Shown: in pieces, positions 11,120-23,246 of the stretch
Position numbering within the stretch: position 1 is the first letter of the stretch
Layout: every line of letters begins with the position of its first letter
Origin: Macrostomum lignano
Taxonomy: Eukaryota
Direction: 5' to 3'
Length of the DNA stretch: 64,000 nucleotides
Assembly (NCBI GenBank): GCA_002269645.1
Contig: NIVC01000628.1
Span: 310,001 to 374,000 of the forward strand
Position numbers and translations under genes: made by a program
Notes under the pieces: model-generated
Told to the model about the DNA's origin: nothing
Databases searched by the model: none
What the model saw: the letters and a program-made list of their open reading frames with translations, nothing else

Positions 11120-12717
11120 TTTAAGATTAAGCCTACTATCTATTCTGCAAACAATAACAAAGTAACAATCAATCATATTGATTTATATGACAAAATCATT
11201 TTTTTTAATTGGCAACTCGCATTGCACAGGGAAAAAAGTTGCCAGATTGGCCTCTGATGGCAAAAATCTAGTTGCCAATAAGATTTTCAAGGGGCCAAAA
11301 ATGCCATATGGCCAAAAAAACCAGACAACAATAATGTTATATTAGGGCCTAGCTAGCCCTAGGCCTATTCTTGTTTAGAATATTTCGTAGGCCTAGTCTT
11401 ATCTTAGCCCTAGGCCTTGCATAGGCCTAAGCATAGATTTTTTTGAGCTGAGCTCAACTCAAGTATTTTGTATTCTAGGACCATTATTCATTAGACTATT
11501 TTACATAATTATAGTTTATCACATAATTATTATCATAATAGTTATAAACAATAAATGACTATAATTAGGAAGGTAATATAGCCATTAGACATAGGCTGCA
11601 CCATAGATAGGGCCTACTGTATTCTGTATATATAGCATGCACCAAAATATTTTTTAGAGAACAATCTAGACCTAGTGCTAGGCCTACCTAAATACTAATT
11701 GTGCACTTTTTCTATGCCTTAGTTCATAGTAAGTAAAGGCAAAGCTATAAAAATATAAAGCATATATTAATATATATAAATAAAACATTTATATTTATAT
11801 AATACTATTGAATAAAGTACTTTGCATTTTGAATATTCACTTAAGTACTTATATCTATTTTATAACATAAGCATAGCTACATTCTAGATTATGTTAGATG
11901 CATCTCATATACTAAAACTAAATACTTATAAAATATATGCACCAAACTAAATATATGTCAAAAATGCTATTATGAACATGAAGGGTATCTTTTGGAATAT
12001 GATTAGACTATATAAGCAAATATAGCTAGCTATAGAGTAGACTATAGTTTCCTATTTAACATTTTAATAATATCACAATAAATTTTGGTCCTATGGGCCT
12101 AGGCTCTCTAATTAGACCTATGCCTATATAGTGACTTAAAAATTTTGTTTTAATAGGGGGCCTAGTCTTTGTAGGTTTAAAGCTTTGCATAAAAATATAT
12201 TTTAGGTTTTATTATATTTTATAATTAATTTTGAGCTAGAAATTGCTATATCATTGAATTTGTTAACTAATAATATCTAATATATGAGCATATATAAAGA
12301 TTATAAATGATTAGTATTTTTGAGATTAGATGGGATTGCAATCCTATTCTAGATATTATCAACTTTTCCAACTTGAATAAATCAGAGGCTTAATAGTATT
12401 AAGGGTAGAGTTAAAATGTTTTATTGATACTAGCTAGCATCCTAGTTTTCAATTTTGCATCTTGAATTTGGACCTAGGAAGTCAATTACTATGATTCTGG
12501 CACTTAGAACCACATATTTATGCTGATATGTTAAGGCTTACAGTGGAATTGATGGCATGTCAAGGCTGAAAGGTCAAGCAATGCAATGTGTAGTTTATTC
12601 AAACAAGAATTATTCTATTCTATTTGTTGCCTCCCTAACTGGGGGCGCTGATTGCTAGTATATTACTAACAGTAGCTGATAAAAACATGATGATCTTATG
12701 TGCAGAGGCAGCTCGAG

Positions 12718-15700
12718 ATGTCTAAGTGGTTCACAGGACTAGCTGGCAAAGCTGAGGACTTTCTCAACACTCTGGACACCTCCGCTGCCAGCGCTCTCAA
12801 CAAATCTGGCCATGCTGACCCCGAATCGGCCGCTAGCAGCTCCTCCCCCGCCGCCGGCCTCCCACCTCCGCCGCTGCCGCCGCCTCCGCTGGTGGTGGAT
12901 CCGCCCAGCCGGCACAGTCCGCTTGGCCGGAGCCCCAGCCAGGCCTCTCTTGGCTCCGCAGCCGTCCGGCCTGCCCCGCCATCTGCCAGCGGCTCAAATA
13001 AGCGAGTTGATAAAGATGCGGAACTAATGGATCTGTTGAATTCTGAAGCGCCATTGGACTCTCTGGTTAGCGGCAGGCAGTCAGCTGGTTCGATGCTATC
13101 GTCTACTCCAACTCCGACTGGCGCAGAATCAGCGCCGCCGCAGCCACCGCCGCCAAAGGTTTCAGCTCAGCACAGCCGGCAGTCTAGCGTGGCTTCCAGC
13201 TTCTCCAAATATTCGGCCTCCGAGATCAAAGCCGAAATGGCGGCGGCGGCGGCAGCGGCATCGTCGTCTGCTCACGTCTCGACGTCGGTCACTGGCGCAG
13301 TTTCGACATTCGTGTCTCAGTCGGCGCCGACACCCGCTGCCTCCGCCTCGGCCGCCTCCGTAGTGATGACTGAGGACAATCCGCCAGCGGAGATCGAGAA
13401 CAAACTGTTGCGCAGCGAGATCTCCTCGCTAAATCAAGAGTTATCTTCGTTGTTAAAGAGAAATCAATCTGCTCAGGATGCTTCACGGCGACTCGAGGCT
13501 GATTTGACCAAATGTCGGCAACAGTTGAAACAGGCCGAGGAGGCTGTTGCAGCTGGTCAGGCAAGGTGAATTTCATTTGATTTTTTTATTATACATTTGT
13601 TAACTGTTTCAGAAGACTATCTTCAATGCCGGTAGTGCGAATGTTCGTTTCTAGTTCTGACGCATCTTATTATCTTATTTCACAACTGTTGCATATAGTA
13701 GTCTCCTTAACTCCTTATTCACTTTTTTATATTTGCGTGCCATTGTCTAGCCTGCCTCTTCCTTACCTACCCCTCCTCATCTACCCCTCCTCATCTACCC
13801 CTCCTCATCTACCCCTCTTCATCTACTTCTCGTCATCTACCCCTCTTCTCATCTACCCCTCGTCATCTACCCCTCGTCATCTACCTCTCCTTATCTACCC
13901 CTCATCTACCACTCCTTATCTAACCTCTTCTCATCTACCCCTCCTTATCTACCCCTCTTTATCTACCCCTCCTCATCTACTTCTCGTCATCTACCCCTCT
14001 TCTCATCTACCCCTCGTTATCTACCCCTCGTCATTTTCCCCCACATCTACCCCTCCTCATCTACCCCTCGTCATCCACCTCTCCTCATCTACCCCTCGTC
14101 ATCCACCCCTCCTCATCTACCCATTCTCATCTAACCCTCGTCATCCACCCCTCCTCATCTACCCATTCTCATCTACCCCTCGTTATCCACCCCTCCTCAT
14201 CTACCCCTCGTCATCCACCTCTCCTCATCTACCCCTCGTCATCCACCCCTCCTCATCTACCCATTCTCATCTACCCCTCGTCATCCACCCCTCCTCATCT
14301 ACCCATTCTCATCTACCCCTCGTTATCCACCCCTCCTCATCTACCCATTCTCATCTACCCCTCGTTATCCACCCCTCCTCATCTACCCCCTCATCTATCT
14401 CCTCCCCGCCACACCTAAGTTTTCGCTTCCTCACTCCCCTATCGCGCATTCTCAATTGTAACGCGGCAGGGAGCAGCAGCTGTCCGATCTGCTGCACAGC
14501 CGGGACGCTCAAATAGCCGAGATGTCCAGCGCTCACGAGGCTCTGCGCGATCAACTCGAATTGATGCGCGCCGACAGCACCCGGTCGGCCGGCTTTCAAC
14601 AAGCCGCTTTCGACGAGCTTAACGAACGGCTGCGCCAGGCCGAAGCTCGACTAGAGCAGGAGCAAGCGGCTTCAGCCAGCCTGCAGGTTCGAGTCCGCTG
14701 GGCTTGTCTTGTTGCCGAATGGGACTTATAAACGCCTGACTTAGTGTGTCTTAGTGTCTGACTTAATGTGTCTTAGTGTCTGACTTAGTGTGTCTTAGTG
14801 TCTGACTTAATGTGTCTTAGTGTCTGTCTTAGTGTGTCTTAGTGTCTGACTTAATGTGTCTTAGTGTCTGACTTAGTGTGTCTTAGTGTCTGACTTAATG
14901 TGTCTTAGTGTCTGTCTTAGTGTGTCTTAGTGTCTGACTTAATGTGTCTTAGTGTCTGACTTAGTGTGTCTTAGTGTCTGACTTAATGTGTCTTAGTGTC
15001 TGTCTTAGTGTGTCTTAGTGTCTGACTTAATGTGTCTTAGTGTCTGACTTAGTGTGTCTTAGTGTCTGAGTTAATGTGTCTTAGTGTCTGTCTTAAATGT
15101 GTCTTAGTGTCTGTCTCAGTGTGTCTTAGTTTCTGACTCTGTGAGTCCAGAGTGAGTTTTTGACTAACTTTAATTGACCTATGATCTATCACAAGTTGTC
15201 ATGCCAATCAATTCGTCACCAACCCTCACCCCCCCCCCCCTCCACATAGGCCGACCTTCGCCGACTCCGCCAGGACGCCGAGCAGCAGCAGGCGATGAGC
15301 GCGCAGGCTGGTCGCGCCCTGGCCGAAGAGCAGCGCCGACAGCGCGCACAGGCCCTGGAATTGGAGGCCGCTCAGCGCCGCTGCCAGCAGGCTCAGGCTG
15401 AGCTGCGCGACTATAAAGAGAAGGCTGGCAGGATTCTGCAGGTGAGACTTGTGGCCTAGTTTATTGAGCTGGGTTGATAGTGCCACCTTGGTGAATGTGA
15501 CAGATTGGTGTTGAATGTGACAGATTGGTGTTGAATGTGACAGATTGGTATTGAATGTGACAGATTGATATTGAATGTTACAGATTGTTATTGAATGTGA
15601 CAGATTAGTGTTGAATGTGACAGATTGGTGTTGAATGTGACAGATTAGTGTTGAATGTGACAGATTGGTATTGAATGTGACAGATTAGTGTTGAATGTGA

Positions 15701-18700
15701 CAGATTGGTGTTGAATGTGACAGATTGGTGTTGAATGTGACAGATTGGTGTTGAATGTGACAGATTGGTGTTGAATGTGACAGATTGGTATTGAATGTGA
15801 TAGACTGGTATTGAATGTTACAGATTGATATTGAATGTTACAGATTGTTATTGAATGTTACAGATTGGTATTGAATGTGACGGATTAGTATTGAATGTTA
15901 CAGATTGGTATTGAATGTGACAGATTTGTAGTATTGAATGTGACAGATTAATAGTATTAAATGTGACAGATTTGTAGTATTGAATGTGACAGATTGGTAG
16001 TATTGAATGTGACAGATTAGTATTGAATGTTACAGATTGGTATTGAATATGACAGATTTGTAGTATTGAATGTGACAGATTAATAGTATTGAATGTGACA
16101 GATTAATAGTATTGAATGTGACAGATTGGTAGTATTGAATGCGACAGATTTGTAGTATTGAATGTTACAGATTGGTTGTATTGAATGTGACAAAATGATA
16201 TTTTAAATGCAAAACATCCAAACGCTCCCAACCGCAGGTGAAGGACAAAATGATCGCCACACTGAAGAAAGGCAACGGCAGCGAAGGTGGCAACGGTGGC
16301 GGCGGCCTCCCAGACGCTGCTGATGCCGCCGTAGGCAGTTCAGTAGCTGAACTGTCTGCCGAAGTTGACGCCCTTCGACAGGAGCGCGAACTGCTGCGCG
16401 AAGAGGCCCAGCGAGCTAAACTAGCCGCCGAAGGCCTTCGCTGCGATGTTGAAGATCTCGAAGCTCAGATGCAGTCGGAGAGCGAAACCTTTCGCAAGAC
16501 AATGTCGGGATTGGAGGCTCAGCTGGAGTCTGAGAGGCTGGCCAGGCTGGCTGCGGAAGAGGAGGCCCAGGTTTGACTTGCTTTACTCTTGTGCTTGTGA
16601 TTCACTCTGGCATGATTAGCTGTCATGTCACACTAACATGATTAGCTGTCATGTCACACTAACATGATTAGCTGTCATGTCACACTAACATGATTAGCTG
16701 TCATGTCACACTAACATGATTAGCTGTCATGTCACACTAACATGATTAGCTGTCATGTCACACTAACATGATTAGCTGTCATGTCACACTAACATGATTA
16801 GCTGTCATGTCACACTAACATGATTAGCTGTCATGTCACACTAACATGATTAGCTGTCATGTCACACTAACATGATTAGCTGTCATGTCACACTAACATG
16901 ATTAGCTGTCATGTCACACTAACATGATTAGCTGTCATGTCACACTAACATGATTAGCTGTCATGTCACACTAACATGATTAGCTGTCATGTCACACTAA
17001 CATGATTAGCTGTCATGTCACACTAACATGATTAGCTGTCATGTCACACTAACATGATTAGCTGTCATGTCACACTAACATGATTAGCTGTCATGTCACA
17101 CTAACATGATTAGCTGTCGTGTCACACTAACATAATTAGCTGTCGTGTCACACTGACATGATTTGCTGTGATGTCACCAACATGATTGGCTGCCATGTTT
17201 GCCATGACATGATTGGCTGTGATGTCACCAACATGATTGGCTGCCACATTGCCATCACATGATTTGCTGTGATGTCACCAACATGATTGGCTGCCATGTT
17301 TGCCATGACATGATTGGCTGTGATGTCACCAACATGATTGGCTGCCACATTGCCATGACATGATTTGCTGTGATGTCACCAACATGATTGGCTGCCATGT
17401 TTGCCATGACATGATTGGCTATTCCCCTCCCCACTACAGGCGGCCAGACGCGAGGCCAGCCAGCAGCGGGATCTGTGGCTTCGCGACAAATCCGAGCTCA
17501 GCCAACGCCTCGCCCAAGCCGAGGCCGAGCTTGACGCGCTAAGGCGCCAATCGGCGCCCCAGTTGCTCCGGTCTGGTGCTGGCACTTCTGTCGCATCAGG
17601 CGGTCAGGATGGCGGCGAATTAGAAGCCAGAATTCGATCGCTAACGGAGAGTCTGATCCAGGTGAGCGGTTAGAACTGCAGTAAGGGCTATCTAGGCTCA
17701 AACTAGGGCCTGTGGGATGATGTTGTCGACGATACTACACTATATAATCTGTGACTTCCATTGGTTGGCCAATCGTAATTTAGACTCAAATTAAATACTT
17801 TTTTTAACCCCGATACTCCAATCTGAGCAGAAGCAGACGGCTCTGGAGTCGAGCAACGCCGAGAAGGCCAGTCTCAGACTGATGGTGGAGCAGCTGGAGT
17901 CTCGCCTATCCGAACGGACCCATCACGCCACGTCGCTTGCCCAGGAGTCGGGCCTGTCGTCCAGATCTTCGCAGGCGCCCCAGTCTGATTATATCCGCAT
18001 TCACATGCAGGATCCGCCCTATGCAAGGTTTGTTGGGTGATGCTGCGATCTAAACAGTTGTCCATTGATCTAAGCAGCTGTCTATTATTGATCTAAATAG
18101 CAGTCTATTATTGATCTAAACGGCTGTCTATTATTGATCTAAAAAGCTGTCTATTATTGATCTAAACATCTGTCCATTGATCTGAACAGCTGTCCATTGA
18201 TCTAAGCAGTTGTCCATTGATCTAAACAGTTGTCAATTGATCTAAACAGTTGTCCATTGATCTAAACAGCTGTCCATTGATCTAAGCAGTTGTCCATTGA
18301 TCTAAACATCTGTCCATTGATCTGAACAGCTGTCCATTGATCTAAGCAGTTGTCCATTGATCTAAACATCTGTCCATTGATCTAAACAGCTTTCCATTGA
18401 TCTAAACAGTTGTCCATTGATCTAAACATCTGTCCATTGATCTAAACAGCTGTATATTGATCTAAACATCTGTCCATTGATCTAAACAGCTGTCCATTAA
18501 TCTAAACATCTTTCCATTGATCTAAGCAGTTGTCCATTGATCTAAACATCTGTCCATTGATCTAAACAGCAGTCTATTATTGATCTAAACAGCTGTCTAT
18601 TACTAATCTAACCAGCTGTCTATTATTGATCTAAACATCTGTCCATTGATCTAAACAGTTGTCCATTGATCTAAACATCTGTCCATTGATCTAAACAGCA

Positions 18701-20490
18701 GTCTATTATTGATCTAAACGGCTGTCTATTATTGATCTAAACATCTGTCCATTGATCTAAACAGTTGTCCATTGATCTAAACAGTTGTCCATTGATCTAA
18801 ACAGCAGTCTATTATTGATCTAAACAGCTTTCCATTGATCTAAACAGTTGTCCATTGATCTAAACATCTGTCCATTGATCTAAACATCTGTCCATTGATC
18901 TAAACAGCTGTCCATTGATCTAAACAGTTGTCCATTGATCTAAACATCTGTCCATTGATCTAAACACCTGTCCATTGATCTAAACAGCAGTCTATTATTG
19001 ATCTAAACAGCTGTCTATTACTAATCTAACCAGCTGTCTATTATTGATCTAAACATCTGTCCATTGATCTAAACAGTTGTCCATTGATCTAAACATCTGT
19101 CCATTGATCTAAACAGCTGTCTATTATTGATCTAAACAGCAGTCTATTATTGATCTAAACGGCTGTCTATTATTGATCTAAACAGCTGTCTATTATTGAT
19201 CTAAACATCTGTCCATTGATCTAAGCAGTTGTCCATTGATCTAAACATCTGTCCATTGATCTAAACAGCTGTCTATTATTGATCTAAACATCTGTCCATT
19301 GATCTAAACAGCAGTCTATTATTGATCTAAACAGCTGTCTATTACTAATCTAACCAGCTGTCTATTATTGATCTAAACATCTGTCCATTGATCTAAACAG
19401 TTGTCCATTGATCTAAACATCTGTCCATTGATCTAAACAGCTGTCTATTATTGATCTAAACAGCAGTCTATTATTGATCTAAACGGCTGTCTATTATTGA
19501 TCTAAACAGCTGTCTATTATTGATCTAAACATCTGTCCATTGATCTAAGCAGTTGTCCATTGATCTAAACATCTGTCCATTGATCTAAACAGCTGTCTAT
19601 TATTGATCTAAACAGCTGTCTATTACTAATCTAACCAGCTGTCTATTATTGATCTAAACATCTGTCCATGATCTAAACAGTTGTCCATTGATCTAAACAT
19701 CTGTCCATTGATCTAAACAGCTGTCTATTATTGATCTAAACAGCAGTCTATTATTGATCTAAACGGCTGTCTATTATTGATCTAAACATCTGTCCATTGA
19801 TCTAAAAATCTGTCCATTGATCTAAGCAGTTGTCCATTGATCTAAACAGCAGTCTATTATTGATCTAAACAGCAGTCTATTATTGATCTAAACAGCTGTC
19901 TATTATTGATCTAAACATCTGTCCATTGATCTAAACAGCTGTCTATTATTGATCTAAACATCTGTCCATTGATCTAAACAGCAGTCTATTATTGATCTAA
20001 ACAGCTGTCTATTACTAATCTAACCAGCTGTCTATTATTGATCTAAACATCTGTCCATTGATCTAAACAGCTGTCTATTATTGATCTAAACAGCTGTCTA
20101 TTATTGATCTAAACAGCAGTCTATTATTGATCTAAACAGCAGTCTATTATTGATCTAAACAGCAGTCTATTATTGATCTAAACAGCAGTCTATTATTGAT
20201 CTAAACAGCATTTTCAACACTCAAAAACATTTGCCAGACACATGAAACGGGCAGTGAACACGCTGGACAAGGCCGGAGTTAAACTAGGCGTATTCCTGCG
20301 CCGCTATCCAATGGCCCGGATGCTATTTTTAGCTTACATAGGCCTGCTACACCTGTGGGTATTGCTGGTGCTGCTCACCTACCAGCCGGAGATGCACCAG
20401 CGCGGTTACAATGACGCTTTGCCTCAGCCGCCTGGCGCCCCGGCGCTCGCTTCCGCGGCTGGCAGCAGCTTGGCTTCAAACTCTAGCTAA
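12718..20490 (+). CDS. GOLGA5: Golgin-84; join(12718..13565,14470..14686,15250..15441,16238..16570,17440..17661,17831..18027,20238..20490), 753 aa
   Basis: N-terminal MSKWFTGLAGKAEDFLNTLD; coiled-coil segments IENKLLRSEISSLNQEL, ELRDYKEKAGRILQ, ELEARIRSLTESLIQKQTALE; C-terminal anchor KLGVFLRRYPMARMLFLAYIGLLHLWVLLVLLTYQPEMH. All six introns are GT-AG and in frame (2262 nt). TACTAAC branch point at 12664 and an acceptor at 12705 lie upstream of the ATG. Confidence 0.95.
13765..14400. repeat. Degenerate C/T-rich repeat (CTCCTCATCTACCC-type) in GOLGA5 intron 1
   Basis: Read directly; source of the spurious 296-aa ORF at 13626-14516. Confidence 0.9.
14735..15140. repeat. 22-bp minisatellite (GACTTAGTGTGTCTTAGTGTCT) in GOLGA5 intron 2
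   Basis: Period 22 (14738, 14760). Confidence 0.93.
15490..16190. repeat. 20/23-bp minisatellite (GAATGTGACAGATTGGTGTT) in GOLGA5 intron 3; contains the left duplication breakpoint
   Basis: Read directly; partial copy at 31198-31641. Confidence 0.93.
16611..17420. repeat. Near-perfect 26-bp array (CATGATTAGCTGTCATGTCACACTAA) followed by a related degenerate array (CATGATTGGCTG...) in GOLGA5 intron 4
   Basis: Period 26 (16621, 16647); copy at 32062-32897 has one extra unit. Confidence 0.95.
18047..20209. repeat. 20/23-bp minisatellite (ATTGATCTAAACAGCTGTCC / ...TCTATT) in GOLGA5 intron 6
   Basis: Read directly; copy at 33524-35749 is 63 bp longer. Confidence 0.95.
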
Positions 20491-20996
20491 CGTTTATATT
20501 GTTCTATACAGCCTACTTTCCTGTGGTTTGGTTCTGGCCAGTAGTATAGTATGGATTCTACAATATTAATTGACTTTTTCAACAATTGTCGCTTTCAGTT
20601 AAATCATTTTTTATCTCGTCGGTGACTGATGCATCTTGTAAATCTATAATATTATTGTAGAGTCATATTTGAATTGTATTTTGCCTAAGATACTACTAAC
20701 TATTCAGAATGCGCGCTGTCTATCCGGTCTGCTAACTGGTCACGGGGTGTAGAAATTCGCCTTACATACTTATTGATTAAATTGTTGACTAGTAAGCTAA
20801 GTGTATATAAACTGGCCCTCGAAATGCTAAACTGTTCCTTTTCTGTGATGCCTGCGGAGCACAAGTTTCAAGCCTTGATGTTTATCTGTTTATCTTTTCA
20901 AAACTGTCGGTTCCCTTGTAAAAAAGCCTAGGTTGATAAAGATATAATATTGAAGTGTTTAACTATTAGTAACATCTTTTATTGTTAAAATCCACT

Positions 20997-21815
20997 CAGA
21001 CACATTTCCCCACCTGAATCCAGTCTGACACATTTCCCCACCTGAATCCAGTCTGACACATTTCCCCACCTGAATCCAGTCTGACACATTTCCCCACCTG
21101 AATCCAGCCTCACACATTTCCCCACCTGAATTCAGTCTGACACATTTCCCCACCTGAATCCAGTCTGACACATTTCCCCACCTGAATCCAGTCTGACACA
21201 TTTCCCCACCTGAATCCAGTCTGACACATTTCCCCACCTGAATCCAGTCTGACACATTTCCCTACCTGTATCCAGCCTCACACATTTCCCCACCTGAATC
21301 CAGTCTCACACATTTCCCCACCTGAATCCAGTCTGACACATTTCCCCACCTGAATCCAGCCTCACACATTTCCCCACCTGAATCCAGCCTCACACATTTC
21401 CCCACCTGAATCCAGTCTCACACATTTCCCCACCTGAATCCAGTCTGACACAATGTCACGCCTGAACCTAGTCTGACACAATGTCATGCCTGAACCCAGT
21501 CTGACACATTGTCACGCCTGAACCCAGTATGACACAATGTCATGGCTGAACCTAGTCTGACACAATGTCATGCCTGAACCCAGTCTGACACAATGTCACG
21601 CCTGAACCCAGTCTGACACAAAGTCATGCCTGAAGCCAGTCTGACACAATGCCATGCCTGAACCCAGTCTGACACAATGTCACGCCTGAACCCAGTCTGA
21701 CACAAAGTCATGCCTGAAGCCAGTCTGACACAATGCCATGCCTGAACCCAGTCTGACACATTGTCACGCCTGAACCTAGTCTGACATGTTTCCTTACCTG
21801 AACCCTGTCGGACAC
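20997..21815. repeat. Two related 28-bp arrays (GACACATTTCCCCACCTGAATCCAGTCT, then GACACAATGTCATGCCTGAACCCAGTCT)
   Basis: Read directly; variant switch near 21450; copy at 36537-37355. Confidence 0.93.
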
Positions 21816-21906
21816 CTTTCTTGGTGGAACTTTAAATGCTATTTACTCGCCAGACCTAAGGCTGTAATTACTATTTCATTTGATTACATTGTGTCCTTCA
21901 GTCGCC

Positions 21907-22595
21907 ATGGCAACGCCAGCCAAGCTTTTGATTGGCGAACGCTTCGACGGCAATGGCAATCTGCAAGATCCCGTCTCCGCCGTGGCCGTTCCCAGCTTCT
22001 CTTTGATGACGGATTGTGCCGACAATTTAATTGACAGCTCGGCATCGTCGGCTTCGCATCAATTTCAGGAAATCTTTCCTCCCCTCGCCGACATCGACAT
22101 CGGCGCGTACGGAGACGACAGCGGCGGTGGCGGCGGAAGCGAGAGCTTCGACGCCGAGGACGCCGTGAACCGCCTGATTAGCTTGGCCAGTCCGTCGGCA
22201 GACTCGCCCGCGGTGCTGACTGCTGCACCAGCCGACTATGACAGCTCGGCGAACGGCGGCAATATCGGCATCGAGCTGCTGCTCTCTGCCGGCTCCGAAC
22301 TTGTGGCCGCCTCTGCCGAGTTCTGCCTGTGCGCCAACTGCGGCCTGTGCTGCCAAGGCGCTGACCGGATGCGGGCGCATAAAACCGCCAGCGGCCATCT
22401 GGGCTTTCTCAGGTGTCAGATTGTTGCTATGCTCATGTGTTTGCTGGGGGAGGTTGGGCTTCTGTAGCCAAGCAGTTCTTGAGCAAGGGTCGCTTCGCTA
22501 AGCAGTTTTACCTATCTATTCATGTGTTTTTGTGTCTGTCTGTCTGTGTCTGTCTGTCAGTCTGTCTGTCTGTCTGTCGGTGTCAGTCTGTGTCA

Positions 22596-22633
<38 letters not shown>

Positions 22634-22697
22634 GTCAGTCTGTCTGTCTGTGTCTGTCTGTCTGTGTCTGTCTGTCTGTCTGTGTCAGTCTGTGTCA

Positions 22698-22747
<50 letters not shown>

Positions 22748-22764
22748 GTCAGTCTGTCTGTCTG

Positions 22765-22831
<67 letters not shown>

Positions 22832-22835
22832 GTCA

Positions 22836-22873
<38 letters not shown>

Positions 22874-22893
22874 GTCAGTCTGTCTGTCTGTCA

Positions 22894-22941
<48 letters not shown>

Positions 22942-22978
22942 TAGTGTCTGTCTGTCTGTGTCAGTCTGTTTGTCTGTC

Positions 22979-23053
<75 letters not shown>

Positions 23054-23125
23054 TAGTGTCTGTCTGTCTTAGTGTCTGTCGGTCTGTGTCTGTCTGTCTG
23101 TCTTAGTGTCTGTCAGTCTGTGTCA

Positions 23126-23179
<54 letters not shown>

Positions 23180-23198
23180 GTCAGTCTGTCTGTCTTAG

Positions 23199-23246
<48 letters not shown>

